The notes beneath the pieces were generated by a model, which saw nothing but the letters and a program-made list of their open reading frames with translations, ran no database searches and was not told the origin of the DNA. Of a stretch of 64,000 bases of DNA, positions 20,696 to 31,509 are shown in pieces. Numbering within the stretch: position 1 is the first letter of the stretch; each line of letters begins with the position of its first letter. The DNA is from an uncultured Flavobacteriaceae bacterium. Its GTDB lineage: Bacteria; Bacteroidota; Bacteroidia; Flavobacteriales; Flavobacteriaceae. A program made the translations under genes and the position numbers. Location: assembly GCA_963734985.1 (NCBI GenBank), contig CAVTJB010000003.1:42807-106806 (forward strand). Reading direction: 5' to 3'.

Positions 20696-23125
20696 CTATC
20701 TTTTCCCATTGCTCCTTGCTCCTCTCGCCTCCTGTCTTCTGCCTCTTTCTCCTGTCCCCATTCTTAAACTACTCTTTGTTATCGTTTCGTCCAGATTATA
20801 GATGACCTGGGCCGTCAGCATGAGCGCGGCGGTCCGGGCCGGATCGGTACCGCGCTGTTGGTACTCCCCTACCGCGACCAGCTTTTCGGCGTCCGCGATA
20901 TCGTCGCGGTACAGTTCCAGCGCATCGTGGTAATAGTTTTCGAGCGTCAGGAGCTCTTCCTTTTTGGGCGTACGGATCAGGATGCGCCGGAACACCTCCC
21001 CGACCAGGTCCGTATTCTCGGATCCATTGGCCAAGATGTCCTGTGCCATGACCCGGGCGGCCTCCAGTACCTGTACGTCGTTCTGCAGCACCAGGGCCTG
21101 CAGGGGCGTGTTCGTCTTCTGGCGGCGTACCTCCGAGAAATCCCTGGTCGGGGCGTCGAAAATGGTCATGTTCGGCGGGGGCAGGGTACGTTTCCAGAAG
21201 GTGTACAGCGAACGGCGGTACAGGTCGTCGCCACTATCGGGTATGTATTGCGTCAAAATGCCCCGATCGGCACCCGCATTGGTCTCTTCCCACAGTCCCG
21301 CCGGCTGGTAGGGCTTTACGCTGGGGCCCCCGATCTCGTCATTGAGCAGGCCGCTGGTGGCAAGGATGTAGTCGCGTATCATTTCCCCGCTCATCCTAAA
21401 GCGCGGTGCACGGGCCAATAACCTATTTTCGGGATCGGCCCTTTCCAGTTCCGGGCGCATCTCGGAGCGCTGTTGGTAGGTGGCCGAGAGCATTATCTTT
21501 TTGAGCAGGTACTTGGTGTCCCACCCGTGTTCCATAAAGTCCACCGCCAGCCAGTCGAGAAGCTCCGGATGGGTGGGCAGGCTGCCCTGCACCCCGAAGT
21601 CCTCCGAGGTCTCCACGATGCCCCTGCCGAACAGCATGGCCCAGAGCCGGTTCACATAGACCCGGGCGGTCAGGGGGTTTCTGGTATCGGTCAGCCATCG
21701 GGCGAGCCCTAGCCTATTTTTTGGCAGGGTGTCCGAAAAGGCGAAGATGGCGGCCGGCGTACCCGGGCGCACCGAGTCCGTCGGCCGGTCGTATTCGCCC
21801 CGGTCCAGGACATAGGTGGTCCTGGGGGCGGAATCGTTCATGACCATCACGTTGATCTTTTCTTTCCCCTCCAGGTTGACAAAGGAGAGCACGCCTTCCG
21901 TTTCTTCCCTCGAAATGGTCATAAAGGGCGGATCGGCGTAGAACTTCTGGTTCTTGGCCTGCACGGCGTCCATCTGCAGGCCCTTCTCGTCGACCTGGTC
22001 GAAGAACGCGAACATCCCGTAATAGTCCCTCTGCGTAATGGCATCGTACTTATGGTCGTGGCAGCGGGCGCATTCCAGGGTGATCCCCAAAATGCCCTTT
22101 CCCAGGGTATTGGTACGGTCCATCACGTAATTCGTGCGATATTCCTCCTGTATCACCCCGCCCTCCTGCGTGATCGGATGGTTGCGGTTGAACCCGGTCG
22201 CCAGGAGCTGTTCCCTGTTGGCATCGGGCAACAGGTCGCCGGCCAGTTGCCAGGTCAGGAACTTGTCGTAGGGCAGGTTCTCGTTGAAGGCGTGGATGAC
22301 CCAGTCGCGCCAGGGCCACATGGTACGGTAGCTGTCGTCTTGGTAGCCATGGGAATCGGCATAGCGCGCCACGTCGAGCCATGCCTGTGTCATGCGCTCA
22401 CCGTAGGCGGGGGAGGCCAGGAATCCGTCGATGACCTTGGCAATGTCCGCTTCGGATCCGTCCCCCAAAAATTCCTTGACCTTTTCTGGACCGGGGGGCA
22501 GTCCGGTCAGGTCGAGGCTTATCCGGCGGATCAGGGTCTCGTTGGAGGCCCTTTCGGAAGGGTGCAGACCGTTCTCCACCAGTTTCGCCAAAATAAAGGC
22601 ATCGATCTCGTTCTCGCCCCACTCCCTATCCTCCGCATCCGATGTTCCGGTCTTGGGGACCTCGGCCTTTTCGGGGGCCAGGAAGGCCCAATGCTTTTCG
22701 AACCGGGCGCCCTGCTCGATCCATTTCCTGATCAGTTTCTTCTCATAGGAATTCAGGGCCAATTTGGAACCCGGCGGGGGCATCATCCGGTCGGCCTCCT
22801 CCGAAATGATATGTTGGTAGGCACTGCTTGCCCGCAGGTCTCCGGGAACTATCGCAAACTCCCCGGGCGTTTCGGGAAGTTCCCCGAAGGCGGCTTCCTC
22901 AAGGTCCAGTCTCAGCTTTGCCTTGCGCTTGTTGGCGTCCGGCCCGTGGCAGGTATAGCAGTTGTCGGAAAGGATGGGCTTGATATGGAAGTTGTAGTCC
23001 ACCGTCTCGGGCAGTTTCAGCTTCGCATACTCGTCGTCGCCGGAATCAAACAGTCCCTTCTTATAGGTAAAGAGCAATACTAATAGACCTGTAAGTATTA
23101 AAATTATGGCAATTTTTGACTTCAT
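20696..23125 (-). CDS. PSCyt1 cytochrome c + DUF1549 (PSCyt2) + DUF1553 (PSD1) protein
   Basis: CYTCHGPD and CARCHDHKYD heme motifs, WLDVARYADSHG, and RRSLYTFWKR. The natural end is probably NLDETITKE* near 20770, extended by a 1-nt deletion. Confidence 0.93.
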   Translation of the reverse strand: MKSKIAIILILTGLLVLLFTYKKGLFDSGDDEYAKLKLPETVDYNFHIKPILSDNCYTCHGPDANKRKAKLRLDLEEAAFGELPETPGEFAIVPGDLRASSAYQHIISEEADRMMPPPGSKLALNSYEKKLIRKWIEQGARFEKHWAFLAPEKAEVPKTGTSDAEDREWGENEIDAFILAKLVENGLHPSERASNETLIRRISLDLTGLPPGPEKVKEFLGDGSEADIAKVIDGFLASPAYGERMTQAWLDVARYADSHGYQDDSYRTMWPWRDWVIHAFNENLPYDKFLTWQLAGDLLPDANREQLLATGFNRNHPITQEGGVIQEEYRTNYVMDRTNTLGKGILGITLECARCHDHKYDAITQRDYYGMFAFFDQVDEKGLQMDAVQAKNQKFYADPPFMTISREETEGVLSFVNLEGKEKINVMVMNDSAPRTTYVLDRGEYDRPTDSVRPGTPAAIFAFSDTLPKNRLGLARWLTDTRNPLTARVYVNRLWAMLFGRGIVETSEDFGVQGSLPTHPELLDWLAVDFMEHGWDTKYLLKKIMLSATYQQRSEMRPELERADPENRLLARAPRFRMSGEMIRDYILATSGLLNDEIGGPSVKPYQPAGLWEETNAGADRGILTQYIPDSGDDLYRRSLYTFWKRTLPPPNMTIFDAPTRDFSEVRRQKTNTPLQALVLQNDVQVLEAARVMAQDILANGSENTDLVGEVFRRILIRTPKKEELLTLENYYHDALELYRDDIADAEKLVAVGEYQQRGTDPARTAALMLTAQVIYNLDETITKSSLRMGTGERGRRQEARGARSNGKR

Positions 23126-23218
23126 TTTGCGAAAATTTTACGTCCCTGTAATTGGTATTACTAGAAATTATCCTCTGAAACCGGAATTTCTCTTAATTTA
23201 AGACTTAAATAAATATAG

Positions 23219-23251
23219 AAAATAATTATGTATAGACATATAAACAAGTAT
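23219..23251. repeat. 33-bp direct repeat, copy 1 (contains operator ATGTATAGACAT)
   Basis: AAAATAATTATGTATAGACATATAAACAAGTAT, identical to 24975-25007. Confidence 0.95.
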
Positions 23252-23435
23252 AATTTAATCTCAATTGGGTTCAATACCCCTAGGTTTTCCTAGTAAGTTA
23301 GAGGAAAGTTTAACAACGGATAGTTTTCATCAATCAAAAAAATATGTTCCTCTAAATGCCTCCGTGGGCTTGCCCCGAACTTATTCTCTACGACCGAAAT
23401 TTATTTGGGTCTCTTTAGAATTGACCTTAAACTGA

Positions 23436-24737
23436 TTAGTATTTTATTTTACGGTCTGCCCATTCTTTGAACATCATACTGGATTTTGCCAGAACGCCAG
23501 CTGACCCTTTAAAATCTGCTGATCCAGCTGGTGTTCCATCTATTTTATACCATTCATAAAAACCATCATTTTTCAGTACTCTTTCAAACATGGGTTCTGC
23601 CAAGGTATAGGCTTCTTCAACAAAGTCATTGGCAATCAATTGTTGTATCATTCTTCCTCCAAACCAAGTCCAGTCTCGCCATTTTGGTATTCATACGAAG
23701 CGGAAACATTTTTACCCAAAACTTCAGTCGGATAGGGCGGATACAACGTTAGCCCAATGGATGGTGCTCCTGAAAACTTTACATTGTTTACCATATCAGG
23801 TCAAACGTGGGCTATTTCTTGCTTGCTAAGATACCGGCCTCAATCGCAACTGCCGTACCACCATGGTAGTGAATGGCAGTTTCATCAAAATCTTCTGGAA
23901 AAGGGGAGTCCTTCACATAGATGTGGGGAATAAATTGTTATTCTTCGCATCCATTAGATACTTTTTGCAATTAAGTTTTTATTTTTTCATAGAGATTATC
24001 CCACCTTTGTTTATCCTTGGTTTCAAGTGCAAATTCCTTCATGTTTTTCAAGGCTATGACGAACATTGCGTTGTCATAGATGTCTACTCTCCAGTGGGTA
24101 AGTTCATCAACATCGACTACCGCTCCACCTTCTACTTGCACATCCCCCCCAGTCAAAAGTGGTTGCCCCAATAATGAGGCCATAATCTTCTGAATATCTC
24201 TCCTTTAAGAGATATTCGATTGCCATTGTTAACCTTTCATATATTGTTTTTTCGGCTATTTTTTCATTTAATATGGAACGATTTTTGGTTTTGGCGATAT
24301 ATTTTGAGATTGCCTGGATCAAGGAGGGTTCCTGATCTGTTTCAACCGTATTCTTAAAGCCAATGTGGCCGCGTCGCAGATAGAGAGGTATAGGTGTTTG
24401 GATCTCGCCAAGTAAAGGCTTCTTTGGGGACATAACCATCTAATAGTTCTCCATTTTCTTGTTGAAAATGAAAGAACATTAATAAATTTTCACGAATAAT
24501 TTTTATATCATATTCTTCACAGGATAATTCTATAAAGGTATTCATATCACGTGACCAAACCATTTGATAACCAGAGCCGGCATAAAATCCGTTTTTCATT
24601 AATTTTCTAGCTCTATTCTCGACTTCCTGCATAGATTGATCAGACAATATTTTTTTTGCCAAATCTGATTTTTTGTCATCTTTAGAAATGCATGATACTA
24701 TAAGAAAACACAATATGGCAATACTAACTATTTTCAT
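23436..24737 (-). pseudogene. Six-hairpin (alpha/alpha)6 glycosidase-like lipoprotein, disrupted
   Basis: Lipobox LIVSC, YQMVWSRDMNTF, GATTFDWGD, YQNG.DWTWFG and GFYEWY spread over several frames. In-frame TGA at 23801-23803. Confidence 0.75.
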
Positions 24738-24974
24738 TTTGGAAGAATTAATCGTTCGAAACCAAAGCGCTTCTCTGATTGCCCAGTTTGAAGTCTTACG
24801 TTTGGAAGTCAAACCAGTCTTTGTCTCTTCATACGTTTTCATAAAATCAACCTTAGAAATTATATTTAATCTCTAAGGGTTTAATTCCCCGATGCTCTGC
24901 CTCGAAATTGAAAAATTGTTTCATATCATACCTCGTGTGTTTGCACCGAGGTCGTTGATTCAGATAAATATAAA

Positions 24975-25007
24975 AAAATAATTATGTATAGACATATAAA
25001 CAAGTAT
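24975..25007. repeat. 33-bp direct repeat, copy 2 (contains operator ATGTATAGACAT)
   Basis: Identical to 23219-23251; lies between the divergent glycosidase and DUF5005-like genes. Confidence 0.95.
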
Positions 25008-25039
25008 TTTTAACAGATATTGCTTAAATTACCCTAGCT

Positions 25040-26174
25040 ATGCAAGTCAAGTATTTGATATCAAAAATTTCAATATTGATTCTTTCATGTTTCATTTTTT
25101 CTTGCGCAAATGAAAAAAAGAAATCCCAATCGAAGCCTAAAGAGGAAATTGAAACGCGCACCGTTACCGCTGCCGCAAATTTCGAAGATTTGGTCATTGT
25201 CGATAGTCTGGGCGTCACCGGTGCCGATGGGGTAATTTCCTTTCCCTTGGATAGTACTACCTCCATTTTTATGATGGGCGATTCATTCCTAGCACCGGTT
25301 CGCCATAAAAAGAGAGATGTAGATAGCAAGATGATCAATAATACCTTCATCTTGATCAATAAAAATAAGCGCACCCATAAAGCCATATATAGAGGAACCA
25401 TTGAGAATGCCCACGCATTGCTGAAACCTGCTTATGACAATCCTCAAGAATATTATTGGCCAGGTGATGGATTTGAAAAGAACGGAACAATACATATTTT
25501 TATGTCCCGGTTTTTACATGATCACACGGCCTGGGGCTTTGAATTTTCAGGAACGGATTACATTCGAATGGATTCAAAAACATTTGAAATATCTTCGCAA
25601 GAGGACTTCCCCTATTCAAATAGGAACCAAGTGCATTATGGACATTCCGTACTTCATCAGGATGATTATACCTATATCTATGGGGCTTGGAGTACAAAAG
25701 ACTAATCCGCTCTTCATATAGCAAAAGCCACACTTAATCCCGATATCAAAAAACTGGAGCGATTTGAATTTTTCGATGGCAACCATTGGACTTCCGACCC
25801 GGTTAAGAGTGCTCCTTTGGGTGGAATCGAACAACAAATACCGGAACAGTTTTCGGTCTTTAAATATGGTGATTTATACGTTTTGCTTTTACAGGCGAGG
25901 GAACTGGGCAACGGAAATATCTTTTCCTACCTTTCAGATAGCCCGGCGGGGCCATGGCGCAACGAAAAATTACTTTATCATACCACCAAACAAGAAAATA
26001 TCGAGGATTAGTATTACCTACAACGCGATGGCCCATCCCCAATACATAAAAGATAACAAACTATTGGTTTCCTTCTGTGTGAATAGTTTTGAAGTATCGA
26101 AGATTCACGAGGTCAATACCGATTATTATCGCCCCAGGTTCATCTGGGTGCCTTTGGAAATGATTTTGGAGTAG
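25040..26174 (+). pseudogene. DUF5005/DUF4185-like beta-propeller lipoprotein, disrupted
   Basis: Lipobox IFSC, GADG...MGDSF, YYWPGDG, SPAGPW and TYNAMAHP. In-frame TAA at 25703-25705 plus frameshifts. Confidence 0.7.
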
Positions 26175-26185
26175 TTATTTGGTGA

Positions 26186-29100
26186 CTAATTTAGAAGTTT
26201 AAAAATTTTAGGATATGCATTGTTTACGCCCGCGAGTATAAATTGGTCCCCTTGCACACTTTTAAGACTATGGAGATTCCGTACCGCCCCTTTTAGGAAA
26301 AAACCGGAAATCTTTGGTTCAATTACCGAATATTTGCCATCTTTATTGCTAAGCAAAGTGATTCCATAATTGGCATCCAGCCTTCCAAATTGCGGTTTTA
26401 AATCAAAATCGTTTCCTGCCAACAAAATATCCAAAATTCCGTCCTTATTCAGGATATAATGTTTCGATGGCATGAATGCTGGAAAATTGGACCCTCGGCG
26501 GAAGGTCCAACACCTGAAATTCATTATTCCCATGATTATATGCAATCACACTTTTAAAAGTTGAAATATTTTTAACCACGGCACTATTCATAACTTTTTT
26601 TGAAAATAGTTTCTCCATCGATTTCGTTGCGTATTCTGTAGATTTTAAATTGTGTTTATTGAGAGAAGCAATTTCCTTGGTAAGTTCACGGCGAAGATGA
26701 ATGGGAACATCCTTTCCATTGATGGTTCGAGTGAAGTTTGCTCTATTGTACCATTTCCCGTCAAAATCACTTATAAAAACCTTGACCGGTCTATTTTCTT
26801 CCACGTTATAAAATGAATTTGTACCTCGGTTGCCAAGTACAAGGTTTAGGTACAGTTAATCATTGTTAAGATCGGCAATTCGGAGGGAATTCCAAGCTCC
26901 ATTGAGGGAATCCAGATTGCTTGCAATTCTTTTTGCAGTGATTCACCACTGTTCTTGTAGATTTTTGGCGCCTCCCAGTCGCCCACAATTATTAGATCTT
27001 TAATTTTATCCCCATCGATATCTGCCCATGCAGCCTCTGTGACCATCCCTGCTTGACTCAAATCAGCAGCTTTTGCTTTGGGTAACATCACTGTAACTAC
27101 CATTTCCGTCATTTTCAAGAAGTTTATGTTTAGGATTTTGACCCATACTTTCCCGGAACACTTCTACTCCCGATAGAAGAGGTCAATATCGCCATCTCCA
27201 TCATAATCGGCTGCAGCGACTCTAAGAGAAGTATCAGTATTGGAAACAGAGTTATTGGAAGGCAAGAACTTATTTTTTCCTGCGTTTTGATAAATCCGAA
27301 TCGGAAGATTATTTTTATCCTTAGAGGGTATATTTCCTCCGGAAACCACGACTAAATCTAGCATTCCATCGTTGTTGGTATCTTTGAACACAGCGTTTGT
27401 GTCTTCAAATACACTATCTTTTTCAATAGTGGGATTTGTAATAGGTTCGAATTTTCCTGAATCGGTCTGTATATAGATTCTACCGGCCTGATTTTTAGCC
27501 CCGCCCAGAAAGATATCCTCATTCCCGTCGCCGTTAATATCGCCAACAGCAATAGCCGGGCCTTCCCGGGATAGCATTTGCGATACCAAACCTTCATAAT
27601 CGTAATCGATATAATTATCTTCTTCATGCTTCTGAAGATTAATTTCAACGGATGTCATAAGGGTTTCAACTTTTCCCTTTTTACTGTTTGAAAATTTGTC
27701 GACAGGCATCCCGTTGATTAAGACCTCAAGTCCGGTCCACATCGATGTTCTTGATTGATTGGTACGACCCATCGGCCCATATAACCGCAAGGGAATCCAA
27801 TTTTTTTGTGTTTCCGAGACCGAAGGTCAAATTATAATCTACGGAAGACTGAAATCCCCGTGTGCGGATAGATTCCTTGACCAAAAATTGTATCCCCCTT
27901 GTACAATTTAATTTTACTGCCAATTCCAAATTTATTTTTACCGCTTCCCTCTAGTTTGATTTTGATAAAATGATTACTTTCTATTATCTCCGAATTATTT
28001 CTAATACAAATACTTCTTGATTCACATTATTTACCACCAAGTCCAAATCCCCATCATTATCTAAGTCTCCATCGAGGATCCATTAAAAAAACTCGGTTCG
28101 GCGAGACCCCAATCTTTGGTTTTATTGGAAAAAGTCAAATCCTGATTATTATGAAATGCGTAATTCGGAATGGGTGTTGAAGGCATTTTGTTAGTAAGTA
28201 CCTTTACTTGTGGCTCAGAATCAAAGGGCGTCTGGCGAAAGACGTTGTTCGCAAAGAAATCCATAAAATCATTATTGGTAATATCCCTATATATGCCATT
28301 GCTTACGTATAGGTCTTTAAACCCGTCATTATCCATGTCGAAAATAAGGGCGCCCCAGCTCCAATCGGTATATCCATCCCCAAAAATAAGCCGTTTCCGA
28401 AAAACTCCCATCTCCGTTATTTATTTGCAGGGTGTTCTGCATGTATTGGTTATAGAAATCCCGACCCTGTTTCAGTCTAAGAACATTATATGTTTCGAAT
28501 CCTCCGTTTTCTTTGAGCCTTTTATCCTCTTTAGGCCGCATGTCTGTGGCAAAAACTTCTGGAAGTCCGTCGTTGTTCAAATCTGCCATGTCCGACCCCA
28601 TGGAAGAAAAACTCAGATGCTGCATATAGCCTTCAATTTCTTCCTTAAAAGTGCCGTCTCCTTGGTTAACATATAAATAATCGCGTTCATAAAAATCATT
28701 TGAGACATAAATATCCGGAAGATTATCATTATTGACATCCCCTACGGTAACTCCCAATCCAAAACCAATTAAACTACCATATATTCCAGCTTCTTCACTA
28801 ACATCGACAAATTTATCATCATCATTGCGCAAAAGTTTGTCGCCACCGCCTTTTAGAACTTCCGGAACATTCCAATTTTCGCTTCTTAGATTTCGTTTGT
28901 TCACATAATTGAGGCTGCTTCCCGGAATGAAGCTATTGTTCAAGATATATACATCCAGATCCCCATCCCCATCATAATCAAAAAAAGCCGCATAGGTAAT
29001 GAAGCCATTCTCGTCCAAATTCTACTTTGGCCGCCGATTCGCTGAAGGTAAGGTCGCCAGTGATTAATAAAAAGTTCATTCTTTTTATCGGCATTACCGG

Positions 29101-29572
29101 CGTTGCAAACATAGATATCCAATAACCCGTCCGAATTTATATCGACCATGGCAACCCCCGTGGACCAAGACTTTGTTCCCCCCGTACCAGATACATTGGT
29201 GATGTCTTTAAACTCAAAATTTCCTTTATTCAAATAAAGTCTATTTTACTGATTTTTGGTTAGATAAATGTCGGGGAGGCCATCGTTATTGATATCACCG
29301 ATCCCAACACCACCACCATTATAAAAATTCCGATATTTAAAGATGTGAAAATCACCCTGAACATGAACGTCATTTGAAAATGCGATACCTGTTTGTTGTG
29401 AGTCAATTTTTGTAAACAGTGTTCCCGGAGCATTCTCTTTAGAACAGCAAAGCATTAAGGAGGCAAGTGTCATTGATGGCAAAAGTGTTCTTAATGAATT
29501 TAATCTCCATAAATTACATTTAGAAAAACGCTGGAATAATTCGTGAAATATGTCTTGCTTTATGAAACCCAT
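26186..29572 (-). pseudogene. FG-GAP/VCBS repeat + ASPIC/UnbV protein, many frameshifts
   Basis: FYNGGGVGIGDINNDGLPD, repeated DxDxDGxxD motifs, the ASPIC segment RGFQSSVD..LTFGLG and GRLDANYG, spread over at least 7 ORF pieces. Confidence 0.88.
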
Positions 29573-29592
29573 TATACGATTGTAAATAGTAA

Positions 29593-29626
29593 GACCACAG
29601 ATTTGTAGGAGTACAAACCTGTGGTC
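29593..29626. terminator. Stem-loop between susD and the ASPIC gene
   Basis: GACCACAG-ATTTGTA-GGAG-TACAAAC-CTGTGGTC inverted repeat. Confidence 0.6.
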
Positions 29627-29661
29627 AAATTTAAACTAAACAAACTAACTCAACTCTACTA

Positions 29662-31503
29662 TTAATATCCAGGGTTTTGTTCTATGCTATTATTGCTTCG
29701 CTGAACTTCTTCCCGAGGTATTGGAAACAGGTAGTAGTAATCCCCGGGCCATCGACTTCTCGGATCAACAGCAGTGATTTCCCCGTAAGTATAGTTTAAT
29801 TCACCTAACAGGTCCCCTTCTTTCGCATCGCTCCAGTCCATAGTTACCTCGGTAAGCCCTCTTATGGGGTTCAAGTCTATATTACCTGGAGCCGCTTTCC
29901 AACGCAAAAGGTCAAAAAATCGGGTATCCTCCAAATGCAATTCGACGGCCCTTTCATTTCTATAATCACGAATCAAATCTGCACCTGTACTAGTTATTTC
30001 CGGCATATTGACAGAAGGGCGTTGTCGAACGAGATTGATATATTGCCTTGCCACATCTTCATTGCCCAATGCAATTTGAATCTCTGCATAATTTAGGTAA
30101 AATTCTGCAAGTCTCATATAGACAGTCACCTGATTATAATCGTAGTCAAAACTGGCCCTTGGCCCAGAAAAATCTAATAATTTTCTAAAAGTATAACCCG
30201 TTTGCACCCGCCAGTGAAAAGGGGTTAGCCCTTTTATCCAATAGGTTTCTGAGTCCCGACCGAAGTCGAAGAGTTCTTGATTGTTAAGGGGATCTATTTT
30301 GTTAGGATTTTCATAGGGCCCTACGTTATCCGGGTTGGGATTGGCATCTTCCCAATACTCGTAAAGGCGGGTCGTACTTTTTGCCCCATCTATTATGGAT
30401 ACCGGTCCCGCACCTGGGTATATAATATAGCTGTAGTACCGGGGATCTGTCAAGGTTGGGATTTTGCGGGTCGTAGCCAGAAGCGGGGTTTACGGTAGTG
30501 CCATCTTCCAAATACGGATATTCCCCATTGGTCATTTCAAACATGTTTACAAAGGTCTGTGTCGGCATTACCCGTTGCCGTGCATCAAAACCGCTGGGCC
30601 AATAATCATAGTTATAGCCCCAATCGGGGATTCTAGAACCAGCAGTAAAGGTTCGGCCAAAAATAATCTCATCTGTTTTCAAAGGTTGAATGAACAAGTC
30701 TTCATGGGTATCGTGCAATGTAAAACCGGCGTCGATAACCGCTTTGGTCGCAACTTCGGCTGATTGCCATTTTTCCTGATCATTGGAAGGATTATTTAGG
30801 GGACTGGCCATATACAAGAGCATTCTTGCCTTTAATGCTGTTGCCGCTCTTTTGTCAATTTTACCCGCGGCTGGGGCGACACCATCCAATAAACCAATGG
30901 CCAGATCGCATTCGTTTACCACAAATTGCGCCACTTCATCAAAAGAATTTCTGGTTACATCGAAAGACTCTTCATTAAGTCCGAAGGTTCTTGTAATCAA
31001 GGGAACACCACCAAAATGCCGACTTAAATCGAAATACATCCAAGCTCTTATAAAATGCATCTCGCCTCTTGGGGATCTAATTCTTCTTTGCTTATTTCTG
31101 AATCCTCGATTTCTTCGAAGAATGTATTGACCCGTTTTATGTAATCGTACTGATAGTTCCAAATGTTCGTAACATCGGTGACATTATCAGAAGTCATATT
31201 TGCTGATAGGTACTCTCTGATGCCACCGGCCCTATCGTGTGTATCCGGAGCAATAGTGGCAATATCCGTCATGCCAATATAACCTCCAGTTCCCGGATTC
31301 CATGGCGGTCTGATACCATTGTAGGAATTATAGACATACCCTTGGAGGAAAACGGGGTCTGTAAATACGTTCGTCTCTGAAATGGCATCCAAGGGCTCTT
31401 TGTCTAATATGTCATTATTGCACGAAGTAGCTAAAAACATTACAGTCAGTATTGCGAAAGCTCTATGAATCATTACCGGTGTATTAAAAATTTGGTTTCT
31501 CAT
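29662..31503 (-). pseudogene. SusD/RagB family lipoprotein, frameshifted
   Basis: Lipobox LATSC, YFDLSRHFGGVPLIT, RLAEFYLNYAE, ERAVELHLEDTRFFDLLRW and the C-terminal QNPGY; three pieces. Confidence 0.92.
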
Positions 31504-31509
31504 AATTTT

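Noticed and set aside
20696-20775. C-terminal extension SSLRMGTGERGRRQEARG on the DUF1553 protein
   Set aside because: One missing base in ACAAAG(G)AGTAG would give the family-typical ETITKE stop; more likely an indel than a new domain.
16700-23083. Many long antisense or alternate-frame ORFs (e.g. 17436-18134, 19182-19955, 22052-23083)
   Set aside because: They are shadows of real genes in GC-rich DNA and carry no recognisable motifs.
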